DNA of 64,000 nt from Macrostomum lignano (taxonomy: Eukaryota): contig NIVC01000525.1 of NCBI GenBank assembly GCA_002269645.1, positions 449,539-513,538 of the forward strand, in the 5' to 3' direction. The position numbers and the translations under genes are program-made. This document shows positions 1-28,909 of the stretch, one piece after another. Within the stretch, counting starts at the first letter, position 1, and each line of letters begins with the position of its first letter. A model generated the notes under the pieces. It had not been told where the DNA came from, searched no databases, and saw nothing but the letters and a program-made list of their open reading frames with translations.

Positions 1-379
1 TATGCGACTGCGGCAGCAGCAGCAGCAGCGTCAGCTGACCATGTCGGCTGGCAGCGGAAAGTGTCGATATGGAAGACGTTTCTATGGATATTTGATTATA
101 TTGTTATATTTTGCTGCGGCAATTTTAGTACAGTGGGAATTCAACAGTCTTGCAGACTCAGTTAGTTACATATAAGATAAGGTCACTCTCTATTCTCCGC
201 CAGTGTCGATACGTGTGGCTACTTTTTATGACAGTAGTAGAATTTGCATGTGTAAAGAAAAAAATTGTAGGGAATTTCTTTTGTTTTAGGCAGAGGCTGT
301 GTGCACTCTGGCGCACTTTAAGCGACATTGTCACACAACCGGCAAGAGGCATCACTGCCCATTCCGCCGACTCATCTTG

Positions 380-382
<3 letters not shown>

Positions 383-412
<30 letters not shown>

Positions 413-562
413 CGTGTGTCTGTCTGTCTGTCCGTGTGTCTGTCTTTGTCTGTCTGTCTGACTTAGTGTCTGTCTGTCTGTCTTAGTGTCTGTCTGTCTG
501 TCTGTCTTAGTGTCTTAGTGTCTTACTGTCTGTCTGTCTGTCTTAGTGTCTTAGTGTCTTAC

Positions 563-627
<65 letters not shown>

Positions 628-650
628 GCATGTCTGTCTGTCTGTCTTAG

Positions 651-686
<36 letters not shown>

Positions 687-848
687 CGTGTGTCTGTCTG
701 TCTGTCCGTGTGTCTGTCTTTGTCTGTCTGTCTGACTTAGTGTCTGTCTGTCTGTCTTAGTGTCTTAGTGTCTTACTGTCTGTCTGTCTGTCTTAGTGTC
801 TTAGTGTCTTACTGTCTGTCTGTCTGTCTTAGTGTCTTAGTGTCTTAC

Positions 849-929
<81 letters not shown>

Positions 930-932
930 GCA

Positions 933-985
<53 letters not shown>

Positions 986-988
986 GCA

Positions 989-1075
<87 letters not shown>

Positions 1076-1082
1076 ATGTCTG

Positions 1083-1119
<37 letters not shown>

Positions 1120-1180
1120 GCCTGCCTGCATGTCTCTCTGTCTGTGTGTCTGTCTATCTGTCTGTCTGTCTGTCTGTCTC
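383..1180. repeat. (GTCT)n microsatellite with interspersed GTCTTAGT variants
   Basis: Direct reading. It explains the spurious SVCL/QTDR ORFs. Boundaries approximate. Confidence 0.95.
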
Positions 1181-1848
1181 TATCTTCTTGTCTCGTGACT
1201 CAATGCTGTGTCTCCAGAATGTTCGTTTAACCAGTTTATTTTCCGCTAGGAAAGATCTTGAAGAAGGAGAAGCCAGTCTTTTCCTTGAATGTTCTGGTGC
1301 AGCTAAATGTTTTTAAAAGGAATTAATTCTGTTACAGTGCTACTTTTATTAAGTAGTGCAACCACCGTGCTGATAATCTAGTATTCTGCATGCTTATTGA
1401 TAAACTGTGGGTCATAAGGCATTTTCTATTCTCCATATATTTGGAGACAATTTTTTTTCCAAATAATTGCATTGTGTAATATTTTTGCAACTTGTAACGC
1501 TGTCTGACTCTTACAAAAATTACGAATAGAAATAATACAAATAACTTGGACTATAATTGCTATGTTTTTTTATTATAAATCTGTAGTTCAACATTCTTGT
1601 GTTTTTATTTTGTTTATTCAAATTCTAAGTGCTTAGTGTCATAGATGTCTTTGGGGTTCCTTTTAGCTACTTGCAGTAGTGTTGATAGTTTTGTTTTCAG
1701 CAGAAAAATTCAGTGAAATCTCCACAGTTTTATCCTCGGGCAGTAATATATCAGAAAATCGAAGCCAGGTTTTTCTATCACGTTATTTTTATTAACATCG
1801 CAGACCCTTCTACTAACAGTAGTGCTGTCGCCAAATTTAGATTTTCAG

Positions 1849-2241
1849 CAGACTAATTTCAAGCGTTAGTAGCGGCGGCGGCGGCGCTGCTCGGTTTGCC
1901 CAGCTACTATCGGTCAGCAGCAGTCGCTCCTTTGCCACCAGTTCCAAGCCGAATCAGAGTTCGCAGGACTGCCAGCAGTGCTAACAATGTATACTCGGCC
2001 GGGTTGCACTCTGTGCGAAGATGCGGTTGAAGAGGTTCAACATTTGATCGACGCTGGTCGGATTGTACTGCGTCGGGTTGACATCGACTTGCCAGAGAAT
2101 GAGCGGTACCAGGTGTGGCGCTACGATATACCCGTGTTTAAAATTCGCGGCCTGCCAACTATGATGCATCAATTAGACTTGGACGCTTTGACCCGGCATT
2201 TGAATCAGTTGGAGCTTGCGGAGAGGAGCAAAACTGATTAA
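1849..2241 (+). CDS. Glutaredoxin-like protein (DUF836, C5orf63/YDR286C type); 5' end uncertain
   Basis: 1978-2241 encodes VLTMYTRPGCTLCEDA...RVDID...WRYDIPVF: a CxxC thioredoxin fold with the DIPV cis-Pro motif typical of this family. An acceptor (ttttcag, AG 1847-48) opens a Ser/Arg-rich, targeting-peptide-like frame that is offset by one base from the domain frame. No upstream ATG exon was identified with confidence. Confidence 0.8.
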
Positions 2242-2333
2242 TTGGTGAGCTTTTTACTTTTGTATGCGTACGTCTATGAGTTAAGGATCGGGTAGGATTT
2301 GAGTGAAGGATCGGTGGTGTTCATAGGTGAGGG

Positions 2334-3613
2334 ATCAGAGGGTAGGGATTAGGGAAGAGTTCATGGGTGACGGATCGGAGGGTAGGGATTAGGGAAGAGT
2401 TCATGGGTGACGGATCGGAGGGTAGGGATTAGGGAAGGGTTCATGGGTGACGGATCGGAGGGTAGGGATTAGGGAAGGGTTTATGGGTAAAGAATCGGAG
2501 GGTAGGGATTAGGGAAGGGTTCATGGGTGACGGATCGGAGGGTAGGGATTAGGGAAGGGTTTATGGGTAAAGAATCGGAGGGTAGGGATTAGGGAAGGGT
2601 TCATGGGTGACGGATCGGAGGGTAGGGATTAGGGAAGGGTTCATGGGTGACGGATCGGAGGGTAGGGATTAGGGAAGGGTTCATGGGTGACGGATCGGAG
2701 GGTAGGGATTAGGGAAGAGTTCATGGGTGACGGATCAGAGGGTAGGGATTAGGGAAGGGTTCATGGGTGACGGATCGGAGGGTAGGGATTAGGGAAGGGT
2801 TCATGGGTGACGGATCGGAGGGTAGGGTTTAGGGAAGAGTTCATGGGTGACGGATCGGAGGGTAGGGATTAGGGAAGGGTTCATGGGTGACGGATCGGAG
2901 GGTAGGGATTAGGGAAGGGTTTATGGGTAAAGAATCGGAGGGTAGGGATTAGGGAAGGGTTCATGGGTGACGGATCGGAGGGTAGGGTTTAGGGAAGAGT
3001 TTATGGGTAAAGAATCGGAGGGTAGGGATTAGGGAAGGGTTTATGGGTAAAGAATCGGAGGGTAGGGATTAGGGAAGGGTTCATGGGTGACGGATCGGAG
3101 GGTAGGGATTAGGGAAGAGTTTATGGGTAAAGAATCGGAGGGTAGGGATTAGGGAAGGGTTCATGGATGACGGATCGGAGGGTAGGGATTAGGGAAGGGT
3201 TCATGGGTGACGGATCGGAGGGTAGGGAAGGGTTTATGGGTGACGGATCGGAGGGTAGGGATTAGGGAAGGGTTCATGGGTGACGGATCGGAGGGTAGGG
3301 ATTAGGGAAGGGTTCATGGGTGACGGATCGGAGGGTAGGGAAAGGTTCATGGGTGACGGATCGGAGGGTAGGGAAAGGTTCATGGGTGACGGATCGGAGG
3401 GTAGGGATTAGGGAAGGGTTCATGGGTGACGGATCGGAGGGTAGGGAAAGGTTCATGGGTGACGGATCGGAGGGTAGGGATTAGGGAAGGGTTCATGGGT
3501 GACGGATCGGAGGGTAGGGAAAGGTTCATGGGTGACGGATCGGAGGGTAGGGATTAGGGAAGGGTTCATGGGTGACGGATCGGAGGGTAGGGAAAGGTTT
3601 ATGGGTGACGGGT
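2334..3613 (+). repeat. 40-bp G-rich minisatellite (GGGTAGGGATTAGGGAAGGGTTCATGGGTGACGGATCGGA), about 32 units
   Basis: Direct reading. Shorter variants lacking ATTAGGG occur towards the 3' end. Confidence 0.95.
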
Positions 3614-4421
3614 ATTCATTCATGCAGCCTTTGACTCCTATTGTGCTAGTCAGTTATTCCAGCCCTTTACTGTCAAGTATGAACAGGTGAAAGTGCAGGA
3701 CAGACGAAGGACAGTCCAAGTGTATTAATTGTACTTTTGTTTTAGTGCACAATGCTTATTGGCTACTCGAAATTGCCTTCTTTATCTGTCAGTGTCAAAT
3801 TCTTTAAATTCGAAGTGCTAAGCTACAAAACAAAATTACATTTAACGTCACCTTATTGAACATTTTTCTACTGTATATATGCATATTTGTGTCTTAACAC
3901 TCAGATTCGAGCAATATAATTATCAGTTTCTGCCGTTACGTTCAACAACTTCTCTCCGCTTGGTAATGCTTTTCTATATTGTTTGATTTACTCTCTGAGT
4001 CTCCGTACCTCACAATATCTCTCTCTCCCTCTCCCCCTCTCTCTTTCTCTCAGTTTTGTTCTCAGTATGCAAGAGCCAAACTGCAGCAAACTAACATTTA
4101 TGCCCTAGGACATACCTCAATTTTTGTACACTGCTCTCATTTCCAAGAAAACTCCGTGACTGAGAATGACATTGTGTTGTACTTGCTGAATACGCGTCTG
4201 AAATTTTTTTACGCAGATAGCCTAGTTCAAGTACACAGTCTGTAGAGCTGCTGTGGGTCTGTTTCCTGTTGCGGATGTACTTGCGCTCCTATGTACACGC
4301 GCTCTGTGTATATATGTTTCATATCGAGAGACCGCCGCAGCTTTTATTATTGAATAGTAGCCGTGAAAAATGGCCATCGGCAAGCAGTGAAATCTTTAAA
4401 AAAAGCTTTATCTATTTGAAA

Positions 4422-4830
4422 ATGTTTAATAAAAGTGGCGATGAAAACAATAATGATGATGAAGATTTCCATGCCGAATCGCCCAGTCAGCTTCGTCCTC
4501 GGAGGCGGCGGCCTCGGCCGCATTGTACATTGATTGGCTCGAATCGGTGCTGCGATCGCATCGACAGATGGTTGCTGAGCCAGTTGGACTCGGCTTACCT
4601 GCCAGATCTAGTCTGGCTGGACAGGCCTAGCGGCCTGTTTCGCATCGATTGGCATCGGCGGCAGTGTGACAGGCGGCGGATGCGGCCGGCTGACTGCGGA
4701 GGACACGGCTGTGGAACTGCTGCTGCCGCTGCTGATGAGGACTGCGGCAGCGGCCGTGGTAGCGTATTCACTGCCTGGCACCGGTATCGAGGTGACTGCC
4801 TGTCTGTCCGTCTGGCTGTCTGCCTGTCTC

Positions 4831-4913
<83 letters not shown>

Positions 4914-5018
4914 GTCTGTCTGTCGGTGTGTCTATCTGTCCGTCTGTCTTTCTATCTGTCTGTCTGTCTGTGTGACTCTGTCTGTCTGTCTGTCTGTCTT
5001 AGTGTCTGTCTGTGTGAC

Positions 5019-5061
<43 letters not shown>

Positions 5062-5166
5062 GTCTGTCTGTCGGTGTGTCTATCTGTCCGTCTGTCTTTC
5101 TATCTGTCTGTCTGTCTGTGTGACTCTGTCTGTCTGTCTGTCTGTCTTAGTGTCTGTCTGTGTGAC

Positions 5167-5241
<75 letters not shown>

Positions 5242-5956
5242 GCCCCTTTTCTTATATGCCTGTCTGCACTGCCTATCTGTCTGTCCCGTTAGTCAGTCTG
5301 TCTGTCGTGCCTTTGCGCATCTGTCTGTTTGTTAGTATGTATATCATCATATCTCTTATTCTATCTTTGTCTTGTAATACCTTGCAGTTTTGTCTAATAC
5401 ATTCAATTTCTTTATCAATCGATTAATAGGTAAAAATACTTTGCTAAGCGGACTCCAGCAGAGTAGTTCCGTATCAATTTTATATACTGTACTAAAGTAC
5501 ATTTATAACTTCAGCATATCTGTAGCACATTGTTGCCCTCTTACTAAATTCGCAGGCCGCGACAGCCCGGCTGAATGGCGCCGACTTAAACAAAATTTTC
5601 GCTGCGCCCTAAACGGCAGCCGGCGCTATCTGCGCTATCGGCGCGACCTAAGCCGGCGCGGCGGCGCCAACGCCTACCGAGTCTACCAGTTCGTTGCTAA
5701 CGACGCCAACAAAGAAGTCGCCGTTTTGTCTACGCCAGCTACTAGTGTTGCTAGCACCCCCACAGATGCCAGCTTTGACATTGCGGCCAATGAAAACTAT
5801 GACCAATTCGATTGTAAACCCGTTGCCAAGCATACTGTTGACATTGACAACGAAATTATCATTGATTGGCTGATCGACAAGTCGCCGCTGGTGTCCAGCA
5901 TTGATCCGTGCATGCATTCCAGCGGCAGCGCCTTGGCTGGCTTGCTGCAATCCTGA
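4422..5956 (+). CDS. Interferon regulatory factor (IRF) family protein, about 256 aa; exons 4422-4791 and 5556-5956
   Basis: IRF tryptophan pentad ([26 protein letters not shown]), followed by KQNFRCALN and YRVYQF. Phase-1 GT-AG intron 4792-5555 joins the frames (WHRYRG|RDSPAEW). CDS is 771 nt. Confidence 0.85.
4797..5290. repeat. (GTCT)n microsatellite in the IRF intron
   Basis: Starts about 5 nt after the donor GT at 4792. Confidence 0.95.
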
Positions 5957-6327
5957 TCACTTCAAATAACTGTGGCTTGCTTTGTTTGCTTGTATTCCAT
6001 TTCATTTCAATTTTTGTCTACTCAGTACAGTATTAATGGTGTATAGATATGTTATTATATTCCCATGTTTTTATCGCTTATCGCACGTTAATGATTAGCA
6101 TGACTTGATTCTAAATATATGTTATCAAAATTTAAATTACTTCATACGTTTGTCTATTTACTTACCGCTGTGTTGTTAAAGGCCTTATAGTTATTTTTTC
6201 AACATTTGGGTTGCTATCTAATTACCAGTTAGAAGAATAAGAATAAAGGTAAGTAATTTTAGATCAGGACGGATTATTTTACGACCTTTGGGATTTTATG
6301 TGTAATAATAATTTATAGATCAACAGG

Positions 6328-6925
6328 TTGAGCCACCCTCCCAGGTTGCTGGGCCACCCTCCCAGATCCTCAGTTGCTGGGCCAGCCTCCCAGATCCTCA
6401 GTTACTGGGCCAGCCACCCAGATCCTAAGTTGCTGGGTCACCCTCCCAGATCCTCAGTTGCTGGGCCAGCCTCTCAGATCCTAAGTTGCTGGGCCAGCCT
6501 CCCAGATCCTCAGTTACTGGGCCACAGCCTCCCAGATCCTCAGTTACTGGGCCAGCCTCCCAGATCCTAAGTTGCTGGGCCAGCCTCCCAGATCCTAAGT
6601 TGCTGGGCCAGCCTCCCAGATCCTCAGTTGCCGGGCCACAGCCTTCCAGATCCTCAGTTGTCGGGCCACAGCCTCCCAGATCCTCAGTTGCCAGGCCAGC
6701 CTCCCAGATCCTCAGTTGTCGGGCCACAGCCTCCCAGATCCTCAGTTACTGGGCCAGCCTCTCAGATCCTCAGTTGCCGGGCCACAGCCTTCCAGATCCT
6801 CAGTTGTCGGGCCACAGCCTCCCAGATCCTCAGTTGCCAGGCCAGCCTCCCAGATCCTCAGTTGCCAGGCCAACCTCCCAGATCCTCAGTTGTGGCCACA
6901 GCCTCCCAGATCCTCGGTTGCTGAA
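6328..6925 (+). repeat. 28-30-bp minisatellite (CCTCCCAGATCCTCAGTTGCTGGGCCAG family)
   Basis: Direct reading. The same family occurs at 10090-11705 and, inverted, at 59620-60005. Confidence 0.9.
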
Positions 6926-7208
6926 CCACTGCTACGCTCAAAGATCCTTAATAGCTTTGCTACCCTCCTAGATCCGTAGGCTACCTTGGTACCCTCAAAA
7001 ATCCTCATTTTATGGCATCACATATCTTCAATTTGAGTGTCCAAATCCCTAAATTCTACCCGTTGTGTCGCTATCCCAGATTCCTAATACAGGAGAGGCA
7101 GAACGGATATCCTGTACAGTTGCCCCAACAATAAATATGCCAGATTTAGTACATTTTTGCCAGCTAAAGCCCATAGCGTCGCGCTAATTTTCAGTCAGTC
7201 CTAACAAA

Positions 7209-24433
<17,225 letters not shown>

Positions 24434-25119
24434 CCCAAGTCCAGGAGCAAGACGGCCGGTCTTAATGAACTTATTTTTCATACAAGAAATGTATTGCATT
24501 TGAATTGCTGCCTGCTGTTGCAGAGGTTTGGTGAACATGCTTACAGTTACCCAGTGTTATTTCATGCTAGTTAGTTTTAAATTATCTAATAGCCATCAAA
24601 TTAATTGCCCCTCATTCAGTGCAATCGAGGTGTCTAACCTATGTGCCATTGCGGGTGTTGATCTTGTTAAAAATTGCTTATTAATTTATATGTTATATTA
24701 TTATTATCTGCGGTACACCTAAGCTCGCCTTTTTCTTGTGTGTTACAATATTATTATAATAATAACCAAATTTAAATTCCCACTTTTCATGTAAGTGCGT
24801 TTGTTTTTTAATTATATTTTTAACAGCGTTGGTTCTACTTAAAAAACAACACAATAAACACATTTTGCATTCGACGTGAACAATCAAATTCACATTGTGA
24901 AGAAGAATTGAAAAATTAACGCTTTACTTATAAAAAATATTGCTAGTTGCATTTTCTTAAATCATATAACAGCAGCGCGTGTATGCGAAACTGCTCATAG
25001 TAGCAATATATGTATCTGTAGGCGCATCTGTAGTCTTCTATTATTTTAATTCGCAGTATATTAAAAGATTCTTTAGATAGCTTGTATGTAATTATTGCAT
25101 TAGATCAATTTCTCCTGAA

Positions 25120-25890
25120 CTTCTTTCCGGTGCCTCAGTGCCACTTTCCATCAGGTACATCTGTGCCTCAGTGCCACTTTCCATCAGGTACATCTGTGCC
25201 TCAGTGCCACTTTCCATCAGGTACATCTGTGCCTCAGTGCCACTTTTCATCAGGTACATCTGTGCCTCAGTGCCACTTTCCATCCAGGTACATCTGTGCC
25301 TCAGTGCCACTTTCCATCCAGGTACATCTGTGCCTCAGTGCCACTTTCCATCCAGGTGCATCTGTGCCTCAGTGCCACTTTCCATCCAGGTACATCTGTG
25401 CCTCAGTGCCACTTTTCATCCAGGTACATCTGTGCCTCAGTGCCACTTTCCATCCAGGTGCATCTGTGCCTCAGTGCCACTTTTCATCCAGGTACATCTG
25501 TGCCTCAGTGCCACTTTTCATCCAGGTACATCTGTGCCTCAGTGCCACTTTTCATCCAGGTACATCTGTGCCTCAGTGCCACTTTTCATCCAGGTACATC
25601 TGTGCCTCAGTGCCACTTTCCATCCAGGTACATCTGTGCCTCAGTGCCACTTTTCATCCAGGTACATCTGTGCCTCAGTGCCACTTTCCATCCAGGTGCA
25701 TCTGTGCCTCAGTGCCACTTTTCATCCAGGTACATCTGTGCCTCAGTGCCACTTTTCATCCAGGTACATCTGTGCCTCAGTGCCACTTTTCATCCAGGTA
25801 CATCTGTGCCTCAGTGCCACTTTTCATCCAGGTACATCTGTGCCTCAGTGCCACTTTTCATCCAGGTACATCTGTGCCTCAGTGCCACTT
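25120..25890 (+). repeat. 33-34-bp minisatellite (TGTGCCTCAGTGCCACTTTCCATCCAGGTACATC)
   Basis: Direct reading. Intergenic between Nup155 and SUMF1. Confidence 0.93.
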
Positions 25891-25902
25891 ATCGGGTAGA
25901 AT

Positions 25903-26310
25903 CACAGATACTAAAATAACTAGATGGGCCACTCAGGCATATATGCGTAGTAAAACAGCTTTCTACTTTCAGTTCAGTAGCAAAGAAGAATACATAAGCT
26001 ATTTTAAAGAAAGTAAGGCAGCTGAAATGACTGATAAGTTTAGAAGCCCAAGCTTTTAGGCGTAAACAACTTGCTAATTGGTTTAGCGATAATGTACATT
26101 GGCCAGTCCACTGAAATGTACATGGCAGCTATAGGCTGGAATTCCGAGAAAGGCAATAAAAATTGGGACGGGGCGGGGGTCAATGAGTCAATGAGCCTTC
26201 GCTTTAAATTAAAATACATTAAAATCTTTTGTTTAACCTATACTACTGAACTGAAAGTAGCTTACACGCAAATGTGCTGAGTGGCCCATCTAGTTATTCT
26301 AGTATCTGTG
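25903..26310. mobile_element. MITE-like element with long imperfect terminal inverted repeats
   Basis: CACAGATACTAAAATAACTAGATGGGCCACTCAG (from 25903) pairs with CTGAGTGGCCCATCTAGTTATTCTAGTATCTGTG (to 26310). An inner pair CTACTTTCAGTTCAGTAG / CTACTGAACTGAAAGTAG is also present. No TSD recognised. Confidence 0.65.
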
Positions 26311-26523
26311 GGTACAATTCACGAACTTTTTTCCTCACTGGCACTAATTTCTCATTTCTGTTGGCATGACAGTTTACTGTTAAATCTGTCAGATTATCGA
26401 ACAAATAATCACAGCGTGTTGATTAGCCAACTGATTTCTTGAATAAGACCGACCGAAGCCCGTTCAGTAAAAGCAACAAAAATCTGCTTTCAGGCTACCC
26501 AAATATTAATCGGTTTTGTTGCC

Positions 26524-28209
26524 ATGGTAACGCCGTTGACCGGCCTGGTTGGCGCTGACTGCGGCTGCGCACTCGGCCCTCGCGGTGCGTCTGTCTGTCC
26601 CGCAGTTTCCGCCAGCATCGATGCCTGGGCCTCGCCGTCGATTGAAAACGATCGCCTCGTCGGATTTAGCGTCGCCATGGCAACCGTCCCAGCCGGGCAG
26701 TACACGGTCGGCACCGATTCGCCTCAGCTGCCTTCCGACGGGAATCGCCGGCCCGCCTGGTCCGCTTCCGGCGGCCCTTCCGGTTGGACACCGCTGCCGT
26801 GACTCGCGGCCAATTTGCCCAGTTTGTCCGGGCTACCGGACACCGGACGGACGCCGAGACGGCCGGCGAGTCCTTCGTCCCGGACATCCTGGTCGACGCC
26901 GAGACGTTCAGCGATCCGGTCGTCGTGCCCGGGCGGGTGGCCAACGCGCCCTGGTGGCTGCCGGTGCGCGGAGCCACCTGGCGCCGGCCGGCCGGTCCGG
27001 CGAGTCAAAAGTCGCCGCTGGAGTCGTCGAGTGGGTGCTGCCGGGCTCGTGCCCTAACAGAGAGTTGGGATCTGTCACCTGGAGATGGGATTTCACAAAT
27101 GAAGTTGAGATCACAGATCAATTTGGGATCTCACAGATCAATTTGGGATCTCACAGATCAATTTGGGATCTCACAGATCAATTTAGGATCTCACATATCA
27201 ACTTGGGATCTCACAGATCAATTTGGGATCTCACAGATCAACTTGGGATCTCACAGATCAATTTGGGATCTCACAGATCAACTTGGGATCTTGCAGTAGC
27301 TTGAGTTGGAACTTTAGGATATAGTAGCTCAAGTTACAAGCTACAGAATCCCTATCCTTCCCACTGTCGCAGACTCCCGATTCCGTCATCCCGCTGTCCA
27401 CGTCAGCTGGCGAGACGCCGACGCCTACTGCCGCTGGCAGGGGAAGCGGCTGCCCACCGAGGACGAATGGGAGGCGGCCTGCCGGGCCGGCCTGTCCGAC
27501 CGCCTGTTCCCGTGGGGCAACGCGCCGAGGCCGGGCGGCCGGCACCGCATGAACATCTGGCAGGGCGAGTTTCCCAGGCTGAACACCGCTGACGACGGCT
27601 ATGTTGGCACCGCGCCGGTAATTCATCAGCATCAATCATCATCTGGCATTTATTCTGTCAGATACAAGTTTAATTTTCTTTACACTCTACTTATATTGTC
27701 TGTTAGGAGCAAACAGTGCTTTAAAAAATTTTTCGCATGAAAAATTTCATCAGTACGAGTATATAAAGCGACTGTTTTGTACTACTGGTACTGCTGTTCT
27801 CTCCCCCCTCTCTCCATCGTTCTTTTGTGCGGACCTAAATATGAACAGCTAGCTTAGCTAACACGAAAGGTTGAAAGCGCTGTGCAGCGTATGTTCAGGC
27901 CTTCTCTCTCTCTACTCTATTCACAGTACAGTGCAGTTGGGCTGTCGTGCAGATAAGAGAAGGATAGACTGGGCAGGTAAGTAGGGGAGCCTGACCAAAT
28001 AATGTTTCTGCAATTCTGCTGCAAATAACGACGAACAAGCTGTTAGAGCACTTTGATTGGCGCTTATATATGATAGGTTCTAAGTCTGAGTTTAAAATGA
28101 ATTTCAATAACTGATTAATCCGGACTTTTAATCATCTGATAATGTAAAATTTACTCAGTCTAGCATCGGGTACTTTATTAGTCTCTATGTCTGTCTGTCT
28201 GTCTGTCTG

Positions 28210-28282
<73 letters not shown>

Positions 28283-28297
28283 GTCTGTCTGTCTGTT

Positions 28298-28388
<91 letters not shown>

Positions 28389-28395
28389 GCCTGTT

Positions 28396-28470
<75 letters not shown>

Positions 28471-28875
28471 GATCCATCCCCCAATTCGCCATCGTAGGTG
28501 GACGCGTACGGGCCGCAGAACTCCTTCGGTCTGTACAACATGGTTGGTAACGTGTGGGAATGGACGGCCAGCCGCTGGGACCGCAACGGCGCACCCGATG
28601 AGCTGCCGCAGCGGCCAGCGGCCAGTGATGAGATGACAAAAAAGGGCGGCTCCTTCATGTGCCACAAGGTGAGAGTCGACATTTGTACTTTAACTGAAGC
28701 TTAGACGGACCAAGTCGAGTGCTCTCCCGTGTATGTTTAAACCTACCTCTTCTATTACCGCCCGCAGAGCTACTGCTATCGCTACAGGTGCGCGGCAAGG
28801 TCGCAGAACACGGCCGATACTTCCAGCGCTAATATTGGCTTCCGCTGCGCCATCGATGTGGCTAATTCAGACTGA
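26524..28875 (+). CDS. SUMF1: Formylglycine-generating enzyme (sulfatase-modifying factor 1); exons about 26524-27030 (with -1 frameshift near 26740-42), 27373-27617, 28498-28668, 28768-28875
   Basis: Motifs [54 protein letters not shown] and [10 protein letters not shown]|[15 protein letters not shown]...NIGFRCA, with both catalytic cysteines, plus an N-terminal CGC. Introns are phase-compatible. The true start may lie in an upstream exon (acceptor tttcag at 26487-93). Confidence 0.92.
27085..27290 (+). repeat. 20-bp minisatellite (GGGATCTCACAGATCAATTT), SUMF1 intron 1
   Basis: Direct reading. Confidence 0.9.
28185..28470. repeat. (GTCT)n microsatellite, SUMF1 intron 2
   Basis: Direct reading. 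Confidence 0.92.
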
Positions 28876-28909
28876 AACCTCAGCTTGTCTACAATCCCCT
28901 CTCTTGGAC

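Noticed and set aside
41-62. ATG-containing micro-exon (ATGTCGGCTGGCAGCGGAAA|GT) as first exon of the glutaredoxin-like gene
   Set aside because: The phase fits the acceptor at 1848, but the donor (GTGTCG) is weak and there is no other support.
2334-3613. Interstitial telomere
   Set aside because: TTAGGG occurs only once per 40-bp unit and never as tandem hexamers.
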